Assembly (NCBI GenBank): GCA_964291265.2
Contig: OZ219747.1
Coordinates: forward strand, 4,320,001 to 4,384,000
Reading direction: 5' to 3'
DNA from: Alphaproteobacteria bacterium
GTDB taxonomy: Bacteria; Pseudomonadota; Alphaproteobacteria; SP197
Length of the DNA: 64,000 nt
Each line of letters begins with the position of its first letter. The stretch's first letter is position 1. A model generated the notes under the pieces. It had not been told where the DNA came from and ran no database searches. It was given only the letters and a program-made list of their open reading frames with translations. The position numbers and the translations under genes are program-made. Of this stretch, positions 31,807 to 41,733 are shown piece by piece.

Positions 31807-31972
31807 GGGGCGGCACCACCCGCACCGTCGTCCCATGGGCACTCCTCCGTGGCCTGCGTATGCAGGTGGGCGCCGTGATGACGGAGGCACACCCCCGCCA
31901 GGGACAGCTCCCGGATGATGTGCATTGGCTCCGGGGATTGATGTGACAACCTGCCGGACAGACATCCGCCCC
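31807..31972 (-). ncRNA. ssrS: 6S RNA
   Basis: Canonical zapA-ssrS-ygfA position; alphaproteobacterial 6S core GGGAGCUGUCCCUG...GGCGCCCACCU; closing stem GGGGCGG/CCGCCCC; about 166 nt. Confidence 0.88.
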
Positions 31973-32077
31973 GGTCCCCTTATAGAACCGGTCATCCGCC
32001 GATGGATACAGGGAATCTCGCGATGTCGCCGCGGAGCCTTCGCGCGCGGTGCGCTGCGGGGCTGGCCGGACCGGGCG

Positions 32078-32395
32078 TCACGTGCCGCTTTCGATACGCC
32101 GGGCAGCGCACTCGATCCGCTCCGCCAGCGCATCGATGGCAACGGCCCGGCGCGAATCGAGGGCCTTCGTTGTCCCGCTGCCTCCAGCCTCCTGGTAATC
32201 CCAGAGTTCATCGACAAGGTGAAGCGATGCCAGAAGCAGCAAGCGCTGATCGCCGAGATTGCCGAGCTGGCCGACGAGTTCCTTCACCTTGCTGTCAACA
32301 TAGTCGGCAAGTTCGCAGGTCCGTCTTTCCTGTCCCTCGCCACAGGCCACCTCGTACTCATGGCCGTTGATCAGCACCGTCACCTGGGGCATCAC
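32078..32395 (-). CDS. zapA: Cell division protein ZapA
   Basis: MPQVTVLINGHEYEVACGEGQE...GDQRLLLLASLHLVDE...LAERIE. Confidence 0.9.
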   Translation of the reverse strand: MMPQVTVLINGHEYEVACGEGQERRTCELADYVDSKVKELVGQLGNLGDQRLLLLASLHLVDELWDYQEAGGSGTTKALDSRRAVAIDALAERIECAARRIESGT

Positions 32396-32621
32396 CGCGC
32401 TCCAACATCGTTTTCAGTTCCGAGATCACGGACCCCAGGCGGAAATCGGCCGTCTTCAGCTTCTCTTCCAGTTTCCGGATCTTGTCCCCGGCATCGCCGG
32501 GCTCCCCCTGAAACCGGCCCTGCGCGACTCCTTCACGTGCATCCTGCGACAGGTCGAGGGCATGTTCCAGTCGCGTGACGGCCTTGTCCAGCCTCATCAA
32601 CGTCTTGTCCCGTGAAGCCAT
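32358..32621 (-). CDS. Small coiled-coil protein (DUF4164-like) upstream of zapA
   Basis: MASRDKTLMRLDKAVTRLEHAL...RLGSVISELKTML; conserved position between tkt and zapA in alphaproteobacteria. Confidence 0.65.
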   Translation of the reverse strand: MASRDKTLMRLDKAVTRLEHALDLSQDAREGVAQGRFQGEPGDAGDKIRKLEEKLKTADFRLGSVISELKTMLERGDAPGDGADQRP

Positions 32622-32793
32622 GATCGCCCCTGGTCCGAAGTCGGGGCGACAATAGCGCCATGGAGCATGCCGATAAAGATGGGTATCGCAGAATGCCAGG
32701 ACATGGCGGACCTTGTTCCGGTTCCCTCCACTCCTTATGTAGGGTCGCGATGCCACCAGGCATGGAGAAGGCAGTGAGGGGGTCACGATCCTG

Positions 32794-34785
32794 ATGGACG
32801 GGCAGTCGGTGGAGCGGATGACACAACGCAGGATGGCAAACGCCATAAGGGCCCTTGCCATGGACGCTGTCGAGGCGGCATCCAGTGGCCATCCCGGTAT
32901 GCCCATGGGCATGGCGGACGTTGCCACCGTGCTCTTCACGAGATTTCTGAAGTTCGACCCCAGGTATCCGCAATGGCCTGACCGGGACCGCTTCGTTCTC
33001 TCGGCCGGCCACGGATCCATGCTGCTCTACGCGTTGCTCCATCTTTCGGGCTACGCCGACATGACCCTGGACGAGATTCGCAGGTTCAGGCAGCTGGGGA
33101 GCCGCACGGCAGGCCACCCCGAGTACGGTGCCAGTCCCGGCATAGAGACCACCACCGGGCCGCTCGGCCAGGGTTTCGCCAACGCCGTCGGCATGGCCCT
33201 GGGTGAAAGGATCATGGCGGACCGCTTCGGCGATGTGGTCGACCACCGGACCTGGGTGATCGCCGGTGATGGCTGCCTCATGGAGGGAATCAGCCACGAA
33301 GCCGCCTCTCTGGCCGGCCACCTCGCGCTCAACCGCCTGATCGTGCTGTTCGACGACAACGGCATCTCGATCGACGGGCCGACCTCGCTGGCCGTCTCCG
33401 ATGACACCCTGGCGCGTTTCACGGCCCTGAACTGGGCGGTGGAACGCGTGGACGGTCATGACGGCGAGGCGATCGCCGGTGCCCTGGGAAGGGCCCTCGT
33501 CAGTGATCGTCCAAGTCTCGTTGCCTGCCGCACCGTCATCGGTTTCGGTTCTCCGGGCAAGGCGGGAACGGCGGCGTCCCACGGCTCTCCCCTGGGCGCG
33601 GACGAGATTTCCGCCGCACGCCGCGAACTCGCCTGGGAAGCGGACCCCTTTGTCATTCCCGATGACATTCTCGATTCCTGGAGAGAGGCGGGGCGACGCA
33701 ACGCTCCTCTCCACGAGGAGTGGCAACGAAAGTTCGATTTACTCGATGTCACCATGCGCCGGGAGTTCGAGCGGCGCATGGCCGGCGACGTCGTGGACCG
33801 GGTCCGCGACGTCACGGCCGAGCATGTCTCCCGCCTGCTCGCCGAACCGGTCCGTGTCGCCACCCGCAAGGCAAGTGAACTGGCGCTTGACTGCCTGACC
33901 GGAGCGCTGCCCGAGATGATTGGCGGATCGGCAGACCTCACCGGCTCCAACAACACGCGCACGGGCGCGATGGCCGACATCACCGCCGGGAACTATTCCG
34001 GAACCTATGTCCGTTATGGAGTCCGCGAACACGCGATGGCCGCCGCCATGACCGGCATGGCCCTCCATGGCGGGCTCATCCCCTACGGAGGGACCTTTCT
34101 CGCCTTCACCGACTACTGTCGTCCGTCCATCCGCCTCGCCGCCCTCATGCGGCAGCGTGTCATCTTCGTGATGACACACGACTCGATCGGACTTGGCGAG
34201 GACGGGCCGACACATCAGCCGGTGGAGCACCTCGCCAGCCTGAGGGCCATTCCCAACCTCCATGTCTACCGTCCGGCGGATGCCGTCGAGACCGCCGAGT
34301 GCTGGCAACTGGCCCTGACGTCACAGACGACGCCGTCGGTGATCGCGCTCTCCCGACAGGGTCTTCCCCAGGCGAGGCATGAATCCCTTGCCGGCAATCC
34401 CTGCAGCGCGGGCGCCTACGTGATTCGCGAGGCCGTGGCGGCGCATCGGGCCACCATCGTGGCCAGTGGATCGGAGGTCGCGATCGCCATCGAGGCAGGC
34501 CGCGTTCTCGAGGATGACGGGGTCGGTGTGCGCATCGTGTCGATGCCGTGCCAGGAACTCTTCAGGAACCAGACTCCGGCCGACCGCGCCGCCCTGATCC
34601 CGCGCGATCGCGCGACCGTTGCCGTCGAGGCGTCCCTGCCCTTCGGATGGACGGACATCATTGGCGAGGAAGGCGGGTTTGTCGGCGTCAGCGGTTTTGG
34701 AGAATCGGCGCCTGCCGGAGCGCTCTACGAACACTTCGGCATCACGCCTCATGCCGTCGTCGAGACGGTCAGACAGCGCCTCTGA
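32794..34785 (+). CDS. tkt: Transketolase
   Basis: SGHPGMPMG, RDRFVLSAGHGS, TTGPLGQG, GDGCLMEG, GVREHAM, GEDGPTHQPVE. Confidence 0.97.
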   Translation: MDGQSVERMTQRRMANAIRALAMDAVEAASSGHPGMPMGMADVATVLFTRFLKFDPRYPQWPDRDRFVLSAGHGSMLLYALLHLSGYADMTLDEIRRFRQLGSRTAGHPEYGASPGIETTTGPLGQGFANAVGMALGERIMADRFGDVVDHRTWVIAGDGCLMEGISHEAASLAGHLALNRLIVLFDDNGISIDGPTSLAVSDDTLARFTALNWAVERVDGHDGEAIAGALGRALVSDRPSLVACRTVIGFGSPGKAGTAASHGSPLGADEISAARRELAWEADPFVIPDDILDSWREAGRRNAPLHEEWQRKFDLLDVTMRREFERRMAGDVVDRVRDVTAEHVSRLLAEPVRVATRKASELALDCLTGALPEMIGGSADLTGSNNTRTGAMADITAGNYSGTYVRYGVREHAMAAAMTGMALHGGLIPYGGTFLAFTDYCRPSIRLAALMRQRVIFVMTHDSIGLGEDGPTHQPVEHLASLRAIPNLHVYRPADAVETAECWQLALTSQTTPSVIALSRQGLPQARHESLAGNPCSAGAYVIREAVAAHRATIVASGSEVAIAIEAGRVLEDDGVGVRIVSMPCQELFRNQTPADRAALIPRDRATVAVEASLPFGWTDIIGEEGGFVGVSGFGESAPAGALYEHFGITPHAVVETVRQRL

Positions 34786-34856
34786 CGCGGGATGCGTTGA
34801 CCGGCCGCCCTTGAAGCAGGTAGGACAGGGGGACCCGTTGGTCCTGGAGGTGAGGT

Positions 34857-35864
34857 ATGGCGGTTCGCGTTGCCATCAACGGATTCGGCCGTATCGGCCG
34901 CCTCGTGTTTCGCGCCGCGATGGAATCGGGACGCGACGACGTCGAGTTCGTGGCCATCAACGATCTGGGCACGGCCGAGGCCAACGCCCACCTCCTCAAG
35001 TACGACACCGTTCATGGCATCTATCCGGGTGAGGTCTCGGCACGCGGCACGACACTCGAGGTGGATGGAAGGCGTGTTGCCGTGCTCCAGGAACGACACC
35101 CCTCCCAGCTTCCCTGGCGCGACCTCGAGATCGATGTCGTCATGGAATGCACGGGCGCCTTTGCCTCCCGCGAGCAGGCCTCCCGGCACCTCGAGGCCGG
35201 CGCCCGCAAGGTCCTGATCTCCGCACCGGCGCAGGGTGCGGATCTCACCGTGGTCTACGGGGTCAATCACGGCAAGCTTCGCAAGGGGCACGATGTCGTC
35301 TCCAACGCCTCGTGCACCACGAACTGCCTGGCGCCGGTCGCCGCCGTGCTTCACAGAGCGGTCGGCATCCGTCACGGGTTCATGACAACCATTCATGCCT
35401 TCACCGGGGACCAGAGAACCGTCGATACCCTGCATGCTGACCCGCGTCGGGCACGCGCCGCATCGGCGTCCATGATTCCCACCTCGACCGGTGCTGCCCG
35501 TGCCGTGGGCCTGGTGCTGCCGGAACTCGAAGGCAAGCTCGACGGCACGTCGATCCGGGTTCCCACGCCCAATGTCAGTCTCGTCGACTTCAAGTTCGAG
35601 GCACAGGAGGAGACCACCGTGAAGGCCGTCAACCGTGCCGTGAGCAAGGCGGCCCGCGGCCGTCTCAAGGGTGTTCTTGCGGTGAATGACGAGCCACTCG
35701 TTTCCAGTGATTTCAACCACAACCCTGCGAGTTCCATCTTCGATCTAGACGAGACCAAGGTCATCGACGGACGCCTTGTCAGGGTGCTCTCCTGGTATGA
35801 CAACGAATGGGGGTTCTCGAACCGGATGAGCGACACGGCGGCGGCGCTCGCCCGGTTCCTCTAG
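34857..35864 (+). CDS. gap: Glyceraldehyde-3-phosphate dehydrogenase, type I
   Basis: INGFGRIGR, SNASCTTNCL, WYDNEWGFSNR; SD GGAGG. Confidence 0.97.
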   Translation: MAVRVAINGFGRIGRLVFRAAMESGRDDVEFVAINDLGTAEANAHLLKYDTVHGIYPGEVSARGTTLEVDGRRVAVLQERHPSQLPWRDLEIDVVMECTGAFASREQASRHLEAGARKVLISAPAQGADLTVVYGVNHGKLRKGHDVVSNASCTTNCLAPVAAVLHRAVGIRHGFMTTIHAFTGDQRTVDTLHADPRRARAASASMIPTSTGAARAVGLVLPELEGKLDGTSIRVPTPNVSLVDFKFEAQEETTVKAVNRAVSKAARGRLKGVLAVNDEPLVSSDFNHNPASSIFDLDETKVIDGRLVRVLSWYDNEWGFSNRMSDTAAALARFL

Positions 35865-35883
35865 GAGAACACCCTGCCCGGTC

Positions 35884-37068
35884 GTGGGCACCATCCGCAC
35901 ACTCGATGACATCAGTCCTGCCGACAGGCGGGTTCTGCTGCGCCTCGACCTCAATGTGCCCATCGACGGTGGACGTGTCACGGGAAGCGAACGCATCGCA
36001 AGGAGCCTTGCCACCGTGCGAGAACTGGCACATACCGGGGCCCGCACGATCATTCTGGCCCACCTCGGCAGGCCGGGGGGAAGGTCCGACCCTTCCCTGT
36101 CGCTCGCTCCCGTCGCCGCGTCCGTCGAGGAGGCCCTTGGCCGTCCGGTAGCCTTCGCCACCGACACGATCGGCGACAGCGCCGCGGACACCATCGCTTC
36201 GACCGGTCCGGGCGATGTCGCCGTGCTCGAGAATCTCCGCTTCCATCCGGGAGAGGAGTGCGATGACCGCGACTTCGCCCGCGCCCTCGGCGCCCTTGGC
36301 GACATCTACGTCAACGATGCCTTTTCGGTCAGTCACCGCGCCCATGCCTCGGTCACGTCGCTGGCACGTCTGCTGCCGTCCTGCGCCGGGCGTCTCATGG
36401 AGGAGGAGGTGAGCGCCCTTGCCCGGGCGCTCGGTCATCCGGTGCGCCCCCTTGCAGCCGTCGTCGGCGGTGCCAAGGTATCGACCAAGCTTGCCATCCT
36501 GGATCATCTGTCGCGCTGGGCGGATCATCTCGTCGTCGGCGGCGCCATGGCCAACACCTTCCTCGCCGCCCAGGGCACCGGGATCGGCGCCTCGCTTCAC
36601 GAGATCGACATGACCGGCACCGCCGATCGCATCATGAGATCGGCCCGCGATCGTGGTCATGCCATTCACCTGCCTGTCGATGCCGTTGTCGAGGAAGACG
36701 GCCGGCCGGTGTCCTGCGACCTTGATGCCATCGGTCGCGAGGCGCGGATTCTCGATGTCGGACCACTGACCGTGGCGGCAGTCTCGCGCCTCGTCGAAGG
36801 GTGCAGGACCGTGGTTTGGAACGGGCCCATGGGGATGTTCGAACGCGACGGCTTCGACCGGGGGACCGTCGATCTCGCCCGCGCGATCGCCGAACTGTCG
36901 CGGAGCGGATCGGTCTTCTCCGTGGCGGGCGGCGGCGACACGGCAGCGGCTCTCAACCGTGCCGGCGTCACGGACGGTTTCTCCTACGTCTCCACGGCGG
37001 GCGGCGCCTTCCTGCAATGGCTCGAAGGGACACCGCTGCCCGGACTCGTGGCGCTGGAGGCGGCCTGA
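35884..37068 (+). CDS. pgk: Phosphoglycerate kinase
   Basis: RLDLNVP, HLGRP, LENLRF, GGAKVSTK, WNGPMG, GGGDT, STAGGAFL. Confidence 0.96.
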   Translation: MGTIRTLDDISPADRRVLLRLDLNVPIDGGRVTGSERIARSLATVRELAHTGARTIILAHLGRPGGRSDPSLSLAPVAASVEEALGRPVAFATDTIGDSAADTIASTGPGDVAVLENLRFHPGEECDDRDFARALGALGDIYVNDAFSVSHRAHASVTSLARLLPSCAGRLMEEEVSALARALGHPVRPLAAVVGGAKVSTKLAILDHLSRWADHLVVGGAMANTFLAAQGTGIGASLHEIDMTGTADRIMRSARDRGHAIHLPVDAVVEEDGRPVSCDLDAIGREARILDVGPLTVAAVSRLVEGCRTVVWNGPMGMFERDGFDRGTVDLARAIAELSRSGSVFSVAGGGDTAAALNRAGVTDGFSYVSTAGGAFLQWLEGTPLPGLVALEAA

Positions 37069-37442
37069 CACCCCGCGTCGTCGAAACCCTGGAGGAAGCC
37101 CGCACGGCCGTGGCGCAAGCCCGACGGCACGACCGGGAGATCCTGCTTGTTACCGCACCGGGGGCCTGTGCGCGGCTGGGACCGGCCCATCTTCTGGAAA
37201 TGATGCGCCAGGCGGGCGCCGGCACCCTTTCCGTGCGTGCGCTGATCGACTGCGGTCCGGATGCCGGATACGCCATGCTCGCCCTGCGCCTGGGCTGGCG
37301 CGACATTCACCTCAAGGGAGAGTCTTCCATCGTCGCCCGCATCGCCGACATGACCAGAGCGTGCGGCGGCACGTTCCACCACGAACTCCCACCCCTTCAC
37401 GACAGGGGTGAAGCGCCCCTCGCCACCCCTGGCCCGTGCTGA
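37065..37442 (+). CDS. Small hypothetical protein coupled to pgk (aldolase-like fragment family)
   Basis: LLVTAPGA..LG...LIDCGPDAGYAMLALRLG motif; the only coupled start is CTG overlapping the pgk TGA (CTGA). Confidence 0.55.
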   Translation: MTPRVVETLEEARTAVAQARRHDREILLVTAPGACARLGPAHLLEMMRQAGAGTLSVRALIDCGPDAGYAMLALRLGWRDIHLKGESSIVARIADMTRACGGTFHHELPPLHDRGEAPLATPGPC

Positions 37443-37464
37443 CATGAAGTCGGCGGCCCTCAAC

Positions 37465-37817
37465 CCGGCCACCGAGTTCACTGCGTACGCGACTTCACCG
37501 GCGACGAGGACCGCTGCAGGATCCATGCCATCTGCCGCGCCGCCTTTCCTGTCCGAGGAACGCCGCCATCGTGCGCTCACGGCGGACACTTTGACTGATC
37601 GGCCAACCGGCATGACGCCGCACGCGCCCGGGACGCACTCGACGCTATCCTCATCCCACCCGGCGAATGAGCCGTTGCTCCTGACCCCGCGCGGAACACC
37701 CGGAACGCGCCTCCGACACAGCGCGACAGGACAGTCGTGCCCGACATCGCGCACAGCAGTGACCACTGAAACCGGCACGCAGAGAACCCGGGTCGCCTTG
37801 AGCATGCCCCGTCCCTG
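37465..37817 (+). mobile_element. 3' remnant of ISAs1-family element
   Basis: Broken frames VHCVRDFTGDEDRCR and NRHDAARARDALDAILIPPGE*; ends in ...GCATGCCCCGTCCCTG; diverged inverted copy of 47652-48050. Confidence 0.75.
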
Positions 37818-37868
37818 CCGCATCAGCGCTCCAGGTCCTGCAATGCAGTGGTCCTGTGCTTGCCGGAT

Positions 37869-37897
37869 TTGACGATATGTGTCTTGCCCTGCATAAT
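37869..37897 (+). promoter_or_regulatory. Putative sigma70 promoter of the HTH/helicase-methylase-ATPase operon
   Basis: TTGACG-17 nt-CATAAT, about 50 nt upstream of ATG 37946. Confidence 0.65.
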
Positions 37898-37945
37898 TCT
37901 GCTTGGGGCGATAGAGCCTTCCAGTCAATCGATGTCGGTGGAACC

Positions 37946-38160
37946 ATGGTCCCCGAGGAACCTTGGGTCGGGCTCACTGAAGTAGCCGCTCACCAGGGAG
38001 TAGCCAAAGACACGGTTTACCACTGGGTCGAACGCAGGGTATGCCTGCCCACAGCATCGGTCGGTTGTTCCGCTTCGGGCTTTCGCAGGTAGACGGGTGG
38101 GTCGAGAACAACACGGACCATTTGGCGACAAGCCGAAGTCGGGAAGGGCGGACGCCATAG
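37946..38160 (+). pseudogene. Excisionase-like HTH_17 regulator (MADS Mad1-like), frameshifted
   Basis: MVPEEPWVGLTEVAAHQGVAKDTVYHWVERR continues in another frame as GMPAHSIGRLFRFGLSQVDGWVE...*; adding one G to GGG at 38037-38039 restores a 71-aa ORF. Confidence 0.8.
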
Positions 38161-38178
38161 GACGAAACAATCCACACA

Positions 38179-41100
38179 ATGGTTGAGCATACCCTTGCGG
38201 CGCGAATCGGGAACCGCGTGTCTCTCCCCGGGCACTTCGACGCACCGGTTATCCTGGAGGATGTGCGGCCCTTGGGTGCCAACGGATCCGCCGGCTGCGA
38301 GTGCCGCGTCCGTCTGCCGAACGGCGAACTTGAGGAGGCGGTCATCACGCCTGACGAGGCCGTTGAGCTTCTCGGTACGGAAGCTGCACGAGAGAAGCCG
38401 GCTTCTCAACCCGTGGATGCGAACCGCCTGCGCCTCCTTGTCGAATCTGTCCGCATTCGTCTCGCCTACGCCTACGACCGTCAGTTCGCAGTGAGCCTTT
38501 CCGGCATCAGGACGCTGCCGCACCAGCTTGAAGCGGTCTACATGAAGATGCTGCCGCAGCCACGTCTGCGATTTCTTCTTGCTGACGATCCCGGCGCCGG
38601 GAAGACGATCATGGCCGGTTTGCTGATCAAGGAACTCAAGCTGCGCAAGGCCATCGAGCGTTGTCTCATCCTCGTCCCCGCGCCCCTCACCATTCAGTGG
38701 CAGGATGAGCTGCTGCGCTTTTTCAACGAGCCGTTTCAGATCATCCATTCGGCGAACGACCAGCGGCAACTCCTGAACCTCTGGGAGCGGGAGCACCAGG
38801 TCATCGCATCCATCGATTACGCCAAGCAGGATGATGTCCGCGAGCGCGTATGGCGGCAGCGGTGGGACATCATCATCATCGACGAAGCCCACAAGTGCAG
38901 CGCCTACACCAAGCGCGCGTCGGGACGCGAGGACGAAATCGTACGCACGAAGCGATATCAGCTTGCCGAGCGTCTCTCCGAGCAGTGCGACAGCCTGCTG
39001 CTGCTGACGGCCACCCCACATCACGGCGACGACGACCGGTTCGCGCATTTCATCCGCCTGCTTGACGGCGACCTGTTCCCAGAACCGCACCGTTTCGGCG
39101 AGGCAGCCGGCGACATACGCCGAGACATCCTCAAGCTCGGCGAGGACTGCCCGTGGTCACTTCGTCGGCTGAAGGAAGATCTGAAGGACATGCGCGGGCG
39201 CCGTCTGTTTCCGGACCGCCACGTACAGACTGTCAGCTTCGCCCTCGGACCGGAGGAGTACACCATCTACAAGGCGGTGACGGCCTACATCAACGAGTTC
39301 CTGCCGCAGACGACGGGCCGCCGCAAGAACAGCGTCGCACTGGCGCGCACTGTCTTCCAGCGCCGCCTTGCGAGCTCGACGCACGCGATCCACGAATCAC
39401 TGCGACGCCGCAGGAAGAAGCAGAATGACCTGCTCCGCGAAGTCGAGGCGTTGCCTCCCACCCAGCGCGCCCGCCGTCTTGCCCAACTGCAAGGCCGGCT
39501 TTCGGACACCGAACAGGACGAAGACGACCTCGATGATGCCACCCGTGACGTGCTCATTGACGAAGCGACCGCCGCGGCCGAGCTGGACCAGCTCCGCGCC
39601 GAGCTTGCGGAGCTCGGCGATCTCGTGGCTCGCGTCGGGCGGGTGCGGGAGAGCGGACGCGATTCGAAGCTGGTGGCTCTGCGCGAATGTGTGCAGCGAT
39701 CGGAATTCGAGGAGCTGAAGGACGGACGCGGCAAGCTCCTTCTCTTCACCGAACACCGGGACACGCTCGATTATCTGCGCGAACACCTTGAAGCGTGGGG
39801 CTACTCGACTTGCCAGATTCACGGCGGGATGAATCCGCGCGAGCGCAAGCAGGCCCAGGAGGATTTCCGAACGAGCCGTCAAATCTGCGTGGCCACCGAA
39901 GCGGCCGGAGAAGGCATCAACCTCCAGTTCTGCCACCTGATGATCAACTACGACCTACCCTGGAACCCGACCCGTCTCGAGCAGCGCCTGGGCCGCATCC
40001 ACCGCATAGGGCAGACGCGCGACGTGTATGCGTTCAACTTCGTGGCGACATCCTCCGAAGACGGCCAGCCGGTCATCGAAGGGCGCATCCTGGAACGGCT
40101 CCTCGGCAAGCTGGACCGCATGCGCGAGGCACTCGGAGACCGCGTGTTCGATGTTGTCGGCGAAGTGCTCTCGCTGAACAAGGTGAACCTTCCGGACATG
40201 CTGCGCGAGGTGGCCTACGAGCCGAGACGCCTGGACGACTATCTCGACGTCATCGATCGCATCGACCCCGACCTGCTCGGCAAATATGAGGAGGCGACTG
40301 GCATCGCATTGGCGCGCGGGCATGTGGATTTCTCGGCCTTCGCCCAAGCCAATCTGGAGGTCGAGGAACGCCGGCTCATGCCGCGCTACGTGGAGTCCCA
40401 TTTCCTGAGCGCAGCAAAGGTCGTAGGACTCCGCACGGAAGCGAGGGCGGACGGACTCTGGCGGATCGAGCACATGCGCGCTGATCTCCGCTCCGAACGG
40501 CTCGCCGCGGTGCGGCGCCTGGGTACGCCGGACGCGAGTTACCGCAAGCTGACCTTCTACAAGGAGCATCTCGAACAGGATCAACACCTCGATGCCGTAC
40601 TGCTCGGCCCCGGCCATGCCGTCTACGCTGCGGTCGATGAGAAACTGAACGAACTGCTTCACGATGTGATGGGCGGCACTGCAGTCTATATGGATTCGAT
40701 GGCTGCGGTGCCGTATCGACTGCACTTCTACGAGATCACGATTCGGGGTCAGACAACGCAGGGAGATGCGATGACCATTCATGCCGAGCTCGCAGCCGTG
40801 CGCGAAGAGGCTGCGGAGACCATGGCCGGCACCGAGCGGTTCCAGGTGGTACCAGCCGACATCCTGATCGACCTCGCGGAACACCCCCACCCCCCGGAGG
40901 CGCTTCCCGGAATCGACTTCGGAACCGTCAGCGACTACGTCAAGACTACGGTCCAGATGGAACGCCGCAGCGTTGCTCGAGACGAACGCAGCCGATACGC
41001 TGAGGTCACGCACGACTATCTCAAGAAGTCCTTCGACGCGCGCGTGAGGGCCGCGCAGGATCGCGTGATGCGGTTGAAGGCCCGCGAGCCTGCCGAGCCG

Positions 41101-41733
41101 GAAGTGGCCCTTGCCCGACAGCAGGCAGAACAGGGCCTGACCGACCTCGAACGCGCCCGGCAGGAACGCATCACCGGCGTGGACCGCCTCCGCGTAGCCC
41201 GTCACGGCCCGGTACGCCACCTGGCCAGTTGTCTGGTGCTTCCTCCCGACACGGCAATCGACAGCTTCCCTGAACTGGCGGAAGATCAGGATGCACGACT
41301 GAAGCGCCGAATCGAGCTTGCTGCCGAGGACATCGTCGTGGCGCACGAAGAGGCTCATAACCGCGATTGCGAGCGGGTGGGGCATCTCAAGATCGGTTTC
41401 GACATCCGCAGCCTCGCGGCTCCTGACCCACAGACCGGATACCGCGATCCGGTTGACGGCGTCAGGCGCATCGAGGTCAAGGGACGCAGAGCGGGCCACC
41501 CGATCCGGCTTACCACGAACGAGTGGTACAAGGCCCAGCAACTCGGCGACACATACTGGCTCTACGTGGTATGGGACCCGCTCGATAACCCGGACGCCGT
41601 CCCGATAATCATCCGCAACCCCGCCAAGCATCTGGACTACGCAAAGAGGGAGGTCGTTGCCGCGCGCCATTACGACATTCCGGCGAATGCCGTCGAGCAA
41701 GCGGCGCAAGATCTCCAGGAGAGCGCCGCATGA
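38179..41733 (+). CDS. SNF2-family helicase with C-terminal DUF3883 (PD-(D/E)xK) nuclease
   Basis: LADDPGAGKT, IDEAHK, TATPH, EGINLQ, QRLGRIHRIGQ; C-terminal GFDIRS...IEVKG...LTTNEW. Confidence 0.92.
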   Translation: MVEHTLAARIGNRVSLPGHFDAPVILEDVRPLGANGSAGCECRVRLPNGELEEAVITPDEAVELLGTEAAREKPASQPVDANRLRLLVESVRIRLAYAYDRQFAVSLSGIRTLPHQLEAVYMKMLPQPRLRFLLADDPGAGKTIMAGLLIKELKLRKAIERCLILVPAPLTIQWQDELLRFFNEPFQIIHSANDQRQLLNLWEREHQVIASIDYAKQDDVRERVWRQRWDIIIIDEAHKCSAYTKRASGREDEIVRTKRYQLAERLSEQCDSLLLLTATPHHGDDDRFAHFIRLLDGDLFPEPHRFGEAAGDIRRDILKLGEDCPWSLRRLKEDLKDMRGRRLFPDRHVQTVSFALGPEEYTIYKAVTAYINEFLPQTTGRRKNSVALARTVFQRRLASSTHAIHESLRRRRKKQNDLLREVEALPPTQRARRLAQLQGRLSDTEQDEDDLDDATRDVLIDEATAAAELDQLRAELAELGDLVARVGRVRESGRDSKLVALRECVQRSEFEELKDGRGKLLLFTEHRDTLDYLREHLEAWGYSTCQIHGGMNPRERKQAQEDFRTSRQICVATEAAGEGINLQFCHLMINYDLPWNPTRLEQRLGRIHRIGQTRDVYAFNFVATSSEDGQPVIEGRILERLLGKLDRMREALGDRVFDVVGEVLSLNKVNLPDMLREVAYEPRRLDDYLDVIDRIDPDLLGKYEEATGIALARGHVDFSAFAQANLEVEERRLMPRYVESHFLSAAKVVGLRTEARADGLWRIEHMRADLRSERLAAVRRLGTPDASYRKLTFYKEHLEQDQHLDAVLLGPGHAVYAAVDEKLNELLHDVMGGTAVYMDSMAAVPYRLHFYEITIRGQTTQGDAMTIHAELAAVREEAAETMAGTERFQVVPADILIDLAEHPHPPEALPGIDFGTVSDYVKTTVQMERRSVARDERSRYAEVTHDYLKKSFDARVRAAQDRVMRLKAREPAEPEVALARQQAEQGLTDLERARQERITGVDRLRVARHGPVRHLASCLVLPPDTAIDSFPELAEDQDARLKRRIELAAEDIVVAHEEAHNRDCERVGHLKIGFDIRSLAAPDPQTGYRDPVDGVRRIEVKGRRAGHPIRLTTNEWYKAQQLGDTYWLYVVWDPLDNPDAVPIIIRNPAKHLDYAKREVVAARHYDIPANAVEQAAQDLQESAA

